64,000 nt of DNA from the IMG/VR virus record IMGVR_UViG_3300033175_000345. One strand, 5' to 3'. This DNA is from an uncultured virus (IMG/VR IMGVR_UViG_3300033175_000345) (Duplodnaviria; Heunggongvirae; Uroviricota; Caudoviricetes). How positions within the stretch are numbered: the first letter of the stretch is position 1; each line of letters starts with the position of its first letter. The notes under the pieces are model-generated. The model saw nothing but the letters and a program-made list of their open reading frames with translations, was not told the DNA's origin and searched no databases. Below are positions 1-8,039 of the stretch, one piece after another. The translations under genes and the position numbers were made by a program.

Positions 1-27
1 TTGACAAGCGAGGAGCACTCTGATAAT
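1..27 (+). promoter_or_regulatory. Possible sigma70 promoter for the tRNA
   Basis: TTGACA at 1-6 and GATAAT at 22-27, but the spacer is only 15 bp; overlapped by a 12-bp inverted repeat (6-17/30-41). Confidence 0.35.
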
Positions 28-50
28 GATGCTCCTCGCTTCATTTTTGA

Positions 51-126
51 TCCCCGGTAGCTCAATCGGCAGAGCGGGTGGCTGTTAACCACTAGGTTGG
101 CGGTTCGAGTCCGTCCCGGGGAGCCA
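51..126 (+). tRNA. tRNA-Asn (GTT)
   Basis: Acceptor stem TCCCCGG/CCGGGGA, D-arm GCTCAATCGGCAGAGC, anticodon loop CT-GTT-AA, T-loop GGTTCGAGTCC, encoded CCA; 76 nt. Confidence 0.97.
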
Positions 127-133
127 ATTTAAA
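122..133 (+). repeat. Candidate attL core AGCCAATTTAAA
   Basis: Overlaps the tRNA 3' end; exact copy at 46704-46715. Confidence 0.65.
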
Positions 134-154
134 ATCTGCTAAATTTTAGCAGAT
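134..154. repeat. Palindrome ATCTGCTAAA-T-TTTAGCAGAT
   Basis: Perfect 10-bp inverted repeat directly after the candidate att core. Confidence 0.6.
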
Positions 155-165
155 CCTTGTTAACG

Positions 166-206
166 CAAAACCCCGTTGGGTCATCCCTTCGGGGTTTTGT
201 TATTTC
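166..206 (+). terminator. Intrinsic terminator after the tRNA
   Basis: CAAAACCCCG (166-175)/CGGGGTTTTG (190-199) stem followed by a T-rich tract. Confidence 0.7.
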
Positions 207-624
207 TAATGAATTCGCAGCCTCTTACGCACCCTCATGAATTTCCCCATATTCTCTATTTCACCGGTTGTTTTCGGGGAACCGAATGTAACGCGGATGA
301 TTGCGCCCGAAGCCCCAGATAAACGCCTCAAATTCTCCAATTCTCCGTTTCTCGCCACTTATGGGGTTAACAGCCTCCCCCTCGATATTCAGTCCCCGAC
401 ACCCTGAAAGAGAATCCGGTAAGTATCTATCAAAAGCCGGGCACGAGTGCCAGGAAAAATTACCAGACAGCGGAGCGGCCGGAGAGACGGAATCGTTGTG
501 GGTGACGCCATGACCGCCTTCCAAGGCGGGCAGATGGACTTCCATGATTTCCGACCCGAAAAACAAGCCCATCTCACTCTGGCTGCATCCACGATCTCCC
601 TCCCCCGGCCGCCGCAAGGAGGAC

Positions 625-840
625 ATGATGGAAGCCGGAGAACCTGCGGTACCTTTACTCGAAAAAAACATCTCAGAAATCGCATCGATCTTGGCGGAAG
701 GATACCTTCGCTATCGAGATAGGCGCCGTTTGCCTGGGTCTGACCCGGAGATTATGGGGCATGACAATGATTCGCAAGATTCTGATTTTATTGCGAATAT
801 TTCTCTTGATTCTTCGGACGATATAGGCCTTGTTACATAG
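625..840 (+). CDS. Small hypothetical protein preceding the DUF2924-like gene
   Basis: AAGGAGG RBS before ATG 625/628; EIASILAEGYLR helix. Confidence 0.5.
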   Translation: MMEAGEPAVPLLEKNISEIASILAEGYLRYRDRRRLPGSDPEIMGHDNDSQDSDFIANISLDSSDDIGLVT

Positions 841-866
841 AGCATCAAAGAGGTGTGGAGGCTTCA

Positions 867-1406
867 ATGGATAAAGAAACTTACCAGCAGGTGCAGGCCC
901 TTTCCCGGATGACTGTCGGCGAACTGCGGGAAAGGTATATCGATGTCTTCGGTGAGGAAACGAGGTCGCAGCACAAGGACTTCCTTCGCAAGCGGATCGC
1001 CTGGCGTATTCAGGCCTTGGCTGAAGGCGGCCTGTCGGAACGAGCAAAACGGAGGGCCGAGGAAATAGCAAATGACGCCGATCTTCGGATCCGTACACCG
1101 CGCGATCCCGTCAAACCGGGGTTGATGGAAGTGAGGCAGCGTTCGGTGACCGGACGGCTTCTCCAATTGATGGATACCAGATTGCCCTTGCCCGGGACTC
1201 TACTGGTCAGAGAATTTCAGGGCCGGGATATCGTGGTCAAGGTTCTCGACAAGGGCTTCGAGTATGACGGCCGCCACTTCAAATCCTTGTCCGCCATCGC
1301 TCAGGCGGCGACAGGCACTAAATGGAACGGGTTCCTCTTTTTCGGGCTAAAAAAATCCAAGCGGCCGCGAAATCAGAACAATGAGTCGAAAGGGAGCAAT
1401 GAATGA
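867..1406 (+). CDS. DUF2924-like protein (recombinase-associated)
   Basis: LRKRIAWRIQALAEGGL, PLPGTLLVREFQG and FKSLSAIAQAATGTKWNGFLFFG motifs; overlaps the recombinase start. Confidence 0.85.
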   Translation: MDKETYQQVQALSRMTVGELRERYIDVFGEETRSQHKDFLRKRIAWRIQALAEGGLSERAKRRAEEIANDADLRIRTPRDPVKPGLMEVRQRSVTGRLLQLMDTRLPLPGTLLVREFQGRDIVVKVLDKGFEYDGRHFKSLSAIAQAATGTKWNGFLFFGLKKSKRPRNQNNESKGSNE

Positions 1407-3019
1407 GCAGAACCAGTGCATCCACCATGCAATCGGTGGAGGACCTCAGGGCGACCGTGCGGTGTGCCATTTACACGAGAAAATCAACCGACGAGGGCCT
1501 GGACCAGGCCTTCAACAGCCTCGACGCCCAGAGGGAATCCGCCGAGGCCTACATCGCGAGCCAACGACATGAAAAGTGGCTATGCATCTCCGAACGCTAC
1601 GATGACGGCGGATTCACCGGCGGCAACATGGAGCGGCCGGCCCTCAAGCGACTTATTGCGGACATCGAGGCCGGCGGAATAGATTGTGTGGTGGTCTACA
1701 AGGTGGATCGTCTCAGTCGGTCCCTCTTGGACTTCTCGCGCCTCATGGAACTTTTCGATAAGCACGCCGTGAGCTTCGTCTCGGTCACGCAGCAGTTCAA
1801 CACAACCAGTTCCATGGGGCGCCTCACGCTGAATATCTTGTTCTCCTTCGCCCAATTCGAACGGGAGATTATTTCGGAGCGCACCAGGGACAAGATGTCC
1901 GCAGCCCGCAAAAAAGGGAAATGGGTCGGCGGCACACCGGTTCTGGGTTACGACGTGGATCCCAAGGGGGGACGGCTGATCATCAATGAAGATGAGGCGG
2001 CCCGGGTGCGGGCGATTTACGATCTCTACATGGATCGCAAGGCCTTGATGCCTGTCGTTTCTGAACTCGAACGGCGCAAATGGGGGAAAAAACAGTGGAC
2101 CACCAAGCGAGGTGATATCCGCGGCGGGAATCCGTTCACGAAAAACAGCCTCTATCGATTGCTCACAAGCGTTGTCTACACGGGCAACGTCGACTACAAG
2201 GGAACGATTTACAAGGGAGAACACGAGGGAATTGTGGATCCTGATCTTTGGCAGCGTGTTCAGGATACTCTGAGACATAACGGCCGTTCCGGGGCCAAGG
2301 ATGTACGCAATAAATATGGGGCATTGTTGAGAGGATTGCTTTACTGCGCACCGTGCAGAGCCGCCATGGTGCATTCCTACACCGTGAGAAACGGCAAGTG
2401 CTATCGTTACTATGTCTGTTTGACCGCCCAGCAGCGGGGATGGACAGCCTGCCCGACAAAATCCGTCAATGCCCATGAGATGGAGGTTGCGGTGATCGAC
2501 TACATCCGCGGTCTTGGCTCAAACATTGACATCTTTTCGGAAACGGTATCAGCGGTGAGAGATCAGAACGAAAATCGGTTGCATGACCTCGAAACTGAAC
2601 GCCGGGCGAACGAGCGCGAGCTCAAAAGGTTGGATGACAGACTTCACGCCCTCGTAAGCGACAATTCGGCCTTACGCACCGATAGTCGGCTGGTTACGGA
2701 TCAAATGGCCGACCTGCAGGACCGGATAAGTTTTCTGGAACAGAGGATGACCGTCATTCGGGAGGAGATTATCCTCATCCAGAGGAAGACTCTGGATGAG
2801 GAAGACCTGAAGAAAGCGCTCAACGCTTTCGATCCCGTCTGGGAATCACTCGCACCACGCGAGCAGGCAAGGATCCTCAAGACCCTTATCGAACGTGTCG
2901 CCTACGATGGGCGCGACGGCAAGGTCACAGTGACCTTTCGCTCTCCGGGCATCAAGGCATTGTGCATGGGTGACGAAGTCCGGATGCTGGAGGAACATGG
3001 ACGCAAGGAAAAGTTATAA
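1403..3019 (+). CDS. Large serine recombinase (integrase)
   Basis: CAIYTRKS catalytic Ser, KVDRLSRS, FAQFERE, recombinase domain, Zn-ribbon (CAPC...RYYVC...C) and coiled coil. Confidence 0.95.
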   Translation: MSRTSASTMQSVEDLRATVRCAIYTRKSTDEGLDQAFNSLDAQRESAEAYIASQRHEKWLCISERYDDGGFTGGNMERPALKRLIADIEAGGIDCVVVYKVDRLSRSLLDFSRLMELFDKHAVSFVSVTQQFNTTSSMGRLTLNILFSFAQFEREIISERTRDKMSAARKKGKWVGGTPVLGYDVDPKGGRLIINEDEAARVRAIYDLYMDRKALMPVVSELERRKWGKKQWTTKRGDIRGGNPFTKNSLYRLLTSVVYTGNVDYKGTIYKGEHEGIVDPDLWQRVQDTLRHNGRSGAKDVRNKYGALLRGLLYCAPCRAAMVHSYTVRNGKCYRYYVCLTAQQRGWTACPTKSVNAHEMEVAVIDYIRGLGSNIDIFSETVSAVRDQNENRLHDLETERRANERELKRLDDRLHALVSDNSALRTDSRLVTDQMADLQDRISFLEQRMTVIREEIILIQRKTLDEEDLKKALNAFDPVWESLAPREQARILKTLIERVAYDGRDGKVTVTFRSPGIKALCMGDEVRMLEEHGRKEKL

Positions 3020-3431
3020 CAATAACGCAGAACACCTCGAAGCGAGTTTTACCTTCCAACCGAGAAACAAACGGAAGAACGGCGATACACGCCCTGAGAG
3101 GTTTGACGATGTCGTCGGCAAGGGGAACATTCCCCGTGTATCCAGGCTGCTCGCTTTAGCGATTCGCTTTGAGGATCTGGTCCGACGAGGCGAGGTTCAG
3201 GACTATGCAGATCTTGCCCGTCTCGGCTATGTAACCCGCGCCCGGATAACCCAGGTCATGAATCTCCTCAATCTCGCTCCGGACATCCAGGAGGATATCC
3301 TTTGCCTTCCCAACACAACCAACGGCCGTGATCGGATCTATGAGAGAGATTTGCGGCCGGTTGCCGCCGTACTCCACTGGCACCGTCAGAGGAAAATGTG
3401 GATCCAACTCCAAAAAAGCCGCACCGATTAA
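2997..3431 (+). CDS. Recombinase-associated HTH-like hypothetical protein
   Basis: DYADLARLGYVTRARITQVMNLLNLAPDIQE HTH-like motif; overlaps the recombinase end. Confidence 0.75.
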   Translation: MDARKSYNNNAEHLEASFTFQPRNKRKNGDTRPERFDDVVGKGNIPRVSRLLALAIRFEDLVRRGEVQDYADLARLGYVTRARITQVMNLLNLAPDIQEDILCLPNTTNGRDRIYERDLRPVAAVLHWHRQRKMWIQLQKSRTD

Positions 3432-3607
3432 GCGTCCTGTGCAAAATTCCTTGTTCTGGAGGATTTTTCATATCATCTTTCCCCGGGCCTTGTAACAGAC
3501 CAGCGAGATAAGGCCAAAATGTTTGCTACTTTCTCGCCTGGTTGGCAGCAAGGTCTACGCTTTTCAAATACTTGGACCTTCTTAATGAATTATGCAGAAT
3601 TTTTATA

Positions 3608-3637
3608 TTGACCTGACGTTTATCAGGGCGATATAGT
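3608..3637 (+). promoter_or_regulatory. Repressor promoter containing the palindrome CCTGA-N6-TCAGG
   Basis: TTGACC 3608-3613, TATAGT 3632-3637; inverted repeat at 3612-3627. Confidence 0.55.
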
Positions 3638-3704
3638 AATATCTTTAGTACAGCCGCATATTTTACCTGTGTTCCCTGCAATAAGGAAAAACGAGGTATT
3701 CGAA

Positions 3705-4346
3705 ATGGAACATAAAGGCAGAGGCCGACGCCCTGTTGAAGGAATAACCGATAGTCAGCTTAATACTTTGGGGGAAATACGCCGCTTCATAAACCAGCGA
3801 GGATTTCCCCCGACCATGAAGGAACTTGCGGATATCCTCGGGATATCCCATGCGAGCGCTCACGACCAGGTGAACCAGCTCGTTCGCAAAGGATACCTGA
3901 AACGCGAGGCGAGGAAGGCAAGAAGTATTTCGATCGTTCGCGAGTTGAAGGACATGCCTGAAGTCATGACCGCCGTTCCTATTGTTGGGCGTATTTCAGC
4001 CGGTCAACCGATTATCGCTGTGGAGAATATCGTCGGTGAGATTATGGTCGAAGGCAGCATTACACGCTCAGGCAGGTACTTCGCCCTTGAGGTTGCGGGA
4101 GACAGCATGGTGAATGCAGGGATCAAAGAACGCGATCTGGTGGTGGTCCGAGAACAGCCCGTGGCGGAGAGTGGAGACATCGTGGTCGCGATGCTCAATG
4201 ATGAGGCCACGGTGAAGCGACTTTTCATTAGTCACGAAAATATAGAGTTGAGACCGGAAAATCCGAAGCATCGACCGATCCTCGTCGGACCCGACGACGG
4301 GATGCGCATAATTGGCAAGGTCGTCGCCGTCAGGCGGCCCGGCTGA
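3705..4346 (+). CDS. lexA: LexA-family repressor (wHTH plus S24 peptidase)
   Basis: GFPPTMKELADILG wHTH, SAG cleavage site, GDSM (Ser) and ATVKR (Lys) dyad. Confidence 0.9.
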   Translation: MEHKGRGRRPVEGITDSQLNTLGEIRRFINQRGFPPTMKELADILGISHASAHDQVNQLVRKGYLKREARKARSISIVRELKDMPEVMTAVPIVGRISAGQPIIAVENIVGEIMVEGSITRSGRYFALEVAGDSMVNAGIKERDLVVVREQPVAESGDIVVAMLNDEATVKRLFISHENIELRPENPKHRPILVGPDDGMRIIGKVVAVRRPG

Positions 4347-4399
4347 AAGCACAAATGCCGGGGATTGCCTGGCTATAAGACACAAGGAGAAAAGGACGA

Positions 4400-5566
4400 A
4401 TGGCGACGTACAACCTCAGGCGGTTTTCCCATGCCGAAGGCCTCAAGGCCATCGCGCGTGATCATTTGTTGGCTCTACTGAATCCCCATAAGCTCTACTT
4501 CGACGGCCGGGGTTTGACGTTGCCACCGCTATCGGCCTCTGACGGTTTCGACTATGACCGGCTCATCGATGTACTCATGAACCCGGACACGGAAACACCG
4601 AAGGGATTGCTCGATGCTCTCTACTTCGTGCATGAGATGGCAACACCTGAAGCCATGGACATCCTCCTCCAGGAGGCCGAGAACAACGGTATCTCCCTCG
4701 ACGGAGGCGCCGATCCCACTGCGGCGGACGTCGCCGTTCAGGTTTACCTGCAGGACAGGGATCTTCTTGAACGCAAGCACGCCGAACAGTATCTCATGAA
4801 GCCTCGCTCCTTCGAATACTACCAAACCGATACACACCCGATCCCTAAGTTCCAACAGCCGACCACAGAAGCGCTGAGCATCCTGGAACAGGACCTCGAC
4901 GACTGGTTCGAGAAGAAAAAGCGCGGGAGGGGATCGCGGGTTTTCGTTTACCCTAAAAAAGATTCCGTTTGGTTCCTGGTACGTCACGGTGACCCGTTGA
5001 GACGCGAAGGCAGCCTTGACGGCGGCCAGGCATCGAGCGTTTTCTATCGTCCCGAAAAGTATGACGTCCTTGTCTATGAACCAGCCATCGGCGAGATTCG
5101 TATGCACGCCTGCGGAAAAGGTGAAAAGGACCTCTTTCGACGCCAGTTTGGCCGCCACGTGTTCAACAACGAGAATTTCTTTCCAGAGACGGGCAAATAC
5201 ACACTTGAACCACTCAGGACCGATGGAGAAGCATCCATCGTCTGCACGGACGTGGACGGTATGGAGTGGGTGCGCCTGAAGGAAATTCAATTCTTCTGGG
5301 GCGGACCTGAAACAGAAATCGAAATACGTAAGGCCAACGACGTGTTCGCCGCCTACACCGGACGGGGGCGAACAATGCCCCAAAATGCGCGTATCACCCG
5401 GGCGAGCTTTCAAGTGAAATTCACCGACTCCAAGACGGCTCGGACCGTGACCATCCGCCCATCAAACATCGCCCAGTACACCAGGGACAGTGACGCCGCC
5501 GTGGTCGAGGACTGGCTAACGAAACGCGGATTCATCCTTGCGGAACAGGAAGAAGATGAAGAGTAG
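4400..5566 (+). CDS. Hypothetical protein, 388 aa
   Basis: Long ORF with RBS, co-oriented with the repressor; no motif recognised. Confidence 0.8.
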   Translation: MATYNLRRFSHAEGLKAIARDHLLALLNPHKLYFDGRGLTLPPLSASDGFDYDRLIDVLMNPDTETPKGLLDALYFVHEMATPEAMDILLQEAENNGISLDGGADPTAADVAVQVYLQDRDLLERKHAEQYLMKPRSFEYYQTDTHPIPKFQQPTTEALSILEQDLDDWFEKKKRGRGSRVFVYPKKDSVWFLVRHGDPLRREGSLDGGQASSVFYRPEKYDVLVYEPAIGEIRMHACGKGEKDLFRRQFGRHVFNNENFFPETGKYTLEPLRTDGEASIVCTDVDGMEWVRLKEIQFFWGGPETEIEIRKANDVFAAYTGRGRTMPQNARITRASFQVKFTDSKTARTVTIRPSNIAQYTRDSDAAVVEDWLTKRGFILAEQEEDEE

Positions 5567-6590
5567 ACCGACTGGAATTTGGCATGCCTTCGAGGCCATC
5601 CCAGGTGCGGCGGCATTGGATATCGAATGGAAAGCCCTGCTGGGGAGTGATTACGAAACGGCGAAGGCCTTCTTTCGACCGAACGGCAAGATGGCAGCTT
5701 CACATCCCTGCATGGTTCGGCGCGGCTGCGGCTGTGAGCACGAAGTGGTCGTGCACGATTCAGAGGATATCGTTGCCGTCTGCCGATGCGAGCGTGGATG
5801 TGAAACCTTCTCCTTGCAGCGATCCGACATCGTGGTCTATGAACTGGACCGCCGAGCACTCGACGCATCGCTCGCCAAGGTCTTCGGTCTGTTCGAGGAG
5901 ACAGACTCGGCGACCGACCTTCCTGGAACGACGCGCATCGGCGTTTACTCTCCGTATGCCGGATATCGCTTTCCGGTCTACCTGACCATCCAGATAGAGC
6001 CCGACGATTTCAACAGGATCCTTGATGGCCTCCTCAGCCGGAATGATAATCCATTTATTCTGTTAGCTCCAACACGAAATCATTGCACGAGCATGGCGGA
6101 GAAACGATTGGCCGCTAAAGGGTCTATATTCATACCTCTGTCTGAGAATGTATCCCGACAATTCCGACTGTTGCGCTCAATGGACGATATTTTTGCGAAT
6201 CTTCCACGGCCTGAGGAAAACGACGTCAGACTATTTTTCCCGACACCTCCGGATGCAATCTGGGAAAATGTATCCATTCGCTTCAAGGATGGCCATACCG
6301 TTTCCATCAAGGTGAGATCGGTTGGAGGGGTATTCAATTATACCCAGATGGGAATGGCCAATAAAAAGAACGGCGATCCCACCCTTCAATGGAAGCTGCT
6401 CGAGACATTTGCCGAGGAACGCGGGACGTTGGATTGGAGTAGCGACAAGGCAGACCGGAAAAACCAGAAACGTCGCGAACTCCTCGCCGCCAACCTGCGG
6501 GAATTTTTCCGTATTGAAGGCGATCCTTTCAAGATGACAAAAGATGGGAAAGGTTGGCAGGCACGCTTCCTTATTTCTCCCGAAGAATAG
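5556..6590 (+). CDS. Hypothetical protein with a Cys-rich N-terminus and possible C-terminal DNA-binding domain
   Basis: HPC-x5-CGCEH...CRCERGC cluster; overlaps the upstream gene. Confidence 0.75.
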   Translation: MKSRPTGIWHAFEAIPGAAALDIEWKALLGSDYETAKAFFRPNGKMAASHPCMVRRGCGCEHEVVVHDSEDIVAVCRCERGCETFSLQRSDIVVYELDRRALDASLAKVFGLFEETDSATDLPGTTRIGVYSPYAGYRFPVYLTIQIEPDDFNRILDGLLSRNDNPFILLAPTRNHCTSMAEKRLAAKGSIFIPLSENVSRQFRLLRSMDDIFANLPRPEENDVRLFFPTPPDAIWENVSIRFKDGHTVSIKVRSVGGVFNYTQMGMANKKNGDPTLQWKLLETFAEERGTLDWSSDKADRKNQKRRELLAANLREFFRIEGDPFKMTKDGKGWQARFLISPEE

Positions 6591-6601
6591 TTCACACCCC
6601 C

Positions 6602-6747
6602 CTCATCGAAATTTCGACGGGCCTCTTAAAAAAGTAACAAAATATTTTTCCATCCAAAATCCGTCTACAATACTGAAATCATAGTCTTGTCTCATTTGAA
6701 GCTTTTACCTCCCCGGATCATCCACGCCCTCTCATCGAAATTTCGAC
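6602..6747. promoter_or_regulatory. Two copies of the 17-mer CTCATCGAAATTTCGAC (palindromic core TCGAAATTTCGA)
   Basis: Exact copies at 6602-6618 and 6731-6747 in an intergenic region. Confidence 0.7.
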
Positions 6748-6811
6748 AATGAGGGGTGTAGGTCCGGCGAGAACCTCATCCTTGCAATAAACGCCCGGTA
6801 ATCCGGGTCAC

Positions 6812-6863
6812 AGCCCCCTGGGGAGTCCATCGCCGGACCCCACTCCCAGGGGGCTATTTTTTT
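6812..6863 (+). terminator. Leader terminator
   Basis: AGCCCCCTGGG/CCCAGGGGGCT stem followed by ATTTTTTT. Confidence 0.75.
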
Positions 6864-6894
6864 GATGCGCCACGGGCGCGAAAGGAGGTCCGGT

Positions 6895-7227
6895 ATGACG
6901 GATGTCGTGACAAAGGCGGCCCTGACTCCTGCCAGGAAACGCCTGGTCGAGCTGATGCAGGAGATCAACTACGGGCGGATTGAAGGACTATCTGTCCAGG
7001 ACGGTGAGCCTGTCTTCGATCCCCCGCCCACTGTGCTGCGGCTTTTCCTGTTCGGCAAGGACAACGGTCCGAACGAATCCCGCGGCAGCGACGGTTTCTC
7101 CCTGAAAAAGAAGGTGGTGGAACTGTTCGAGGTCTTTGATAGGGAGCGATTTCTCTCGATCCAGGAACTCATGATCGACAACGGATTGCCCGTCCGCATG
7201 ACCGTGGCGGACGAGGTCCGGGTCTGA
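6895..7227 (+). CDS. Hypothetical phage protein
   Basis: AAGGAGG RBS, ATG at 6895. Confidence 0.75.
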   Translation: MTDVVTKAALTPARKRLVELMQEINYGRIEGLSVQDGEPVFDPPPTVLRLFLFGKDNGPNESRGSDGFSLKKKVVELFEVFDRERFLSIQELMIDNGLPVRMTVADEVRV

Positions 7228-7280
7228 TTCAGACCCGGCAATAGAATACGGTTCAACATCAGACAACAGACTGGCCGCAG

Positions 7281-7340
7281 AGCGGAGGTCGTTGTGGGTG
7301 TCGCCGATACCGGCGTACTCGCAATGCCTCCGCTTTTTTT
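7281..7340 (+). terminator. Long hairpin terminator upstream of the sigma gene
   Basis: AGCGGAGG/CCTCCGCT stem, G:U-rich 10-bp stem, CGCCG-ATAC-CGGCG, then a T-tract. Confidence 0.7.
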
Positions 7341-7409
7341 CTGTAGAGCGTTCATTCCGGCACAGGTTGACACCCGCACGAGCTCCTCCTCGGCCCCGAG
7401 GAGGCTCAG

Positions 7410-7997
7410 ATGGGTAGTATCAATCACTGTGAAGGAATTGACGAGTATGCCGTTCAGATCATCAAATTCAAGGCAAAACAACTGGTCGGACGTGTTGGTT
7501 TGACCGACTCCGACCGCGAGGACCTGGAGCAGGAAATGATCCTGGACCTGCTCCAACGCCTGCCCAAATACAACCCCGACCGCGCGCAGCGCAATACCTT
7601 CATCGCCCGCGTGGTGGAACATAAGATCGCCACCATCATCGAGGCGCGGAAGGCAGGACTACGGGATTACCGCCTATGCAATTGCTCTCTAAACGAACGC
7701 CTCGAGGACGGGGAAGGCGGCTCGGTCGAGCGCATGGAAACCATCGACCAGGAGGATTATCTGCGCCTGACGGCCGGACTTTCACGCTCAACGGCGGAGT
7801 TGCGTGATCTCTCCATCGACGTCCGTCAGGCAATCGAAAAGCTCCCGCCGGAACTCCGCGAGCTGTGCCGGCGTCTCGGAGTCGACACCATAACGGAGCT
7901 TTCCCGAGACACCGGGGTACCACGGGGAACCATCTACGAATCCCTCAAGAAACTGCGCGCCATCTTAGAGGTCGCCGGGCTGAAAGACTATCTCTAA
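7410..7997 (+). CDS. ECF-type sigma-70 family factor
   Basis: Region 2 (DREDLEQE...KYNPDR...TFIARVV) and region 4 HTH (AIEKLPPE...TITELSRDTGVPRGTI). Confidence 0.85.
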   Translation: MGSINHCEGIDEYAVQIIKFKAKQLVGRVGLTDSDREDLEQEMILDLLQRLPKYNPDRAQRNTFIARVVEHKIATIIEARKAGLRDYRLCNCSLNERLEDGEGGSVERMETIDQEDYLRLTAGLSRSTAELRDLSIDVRQAIEKLPPELRELCRRLGVDTITELSRDTGVPRGTIYESLKKLRAILEVAGLKDYL

Positions 7998-8039
7998 AAT
8001 TAATGAGCATGACGGCTTGGGGGTGCGATCAACGGGTTC

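Noticed and set aside
248..259. TATTCTCTA match to 46695-46703 as an alternative att core
   Set aside because: Only 9 exact bp and not tied to the tRNA end; the 12-bp repeat is the better candidate, though a role as a binding arm is not excluded
3705..4346. Host SOS master regulator
   Set aside because: Located within the prophage regulatory module; better read as a phage-borne LexA-family repressor
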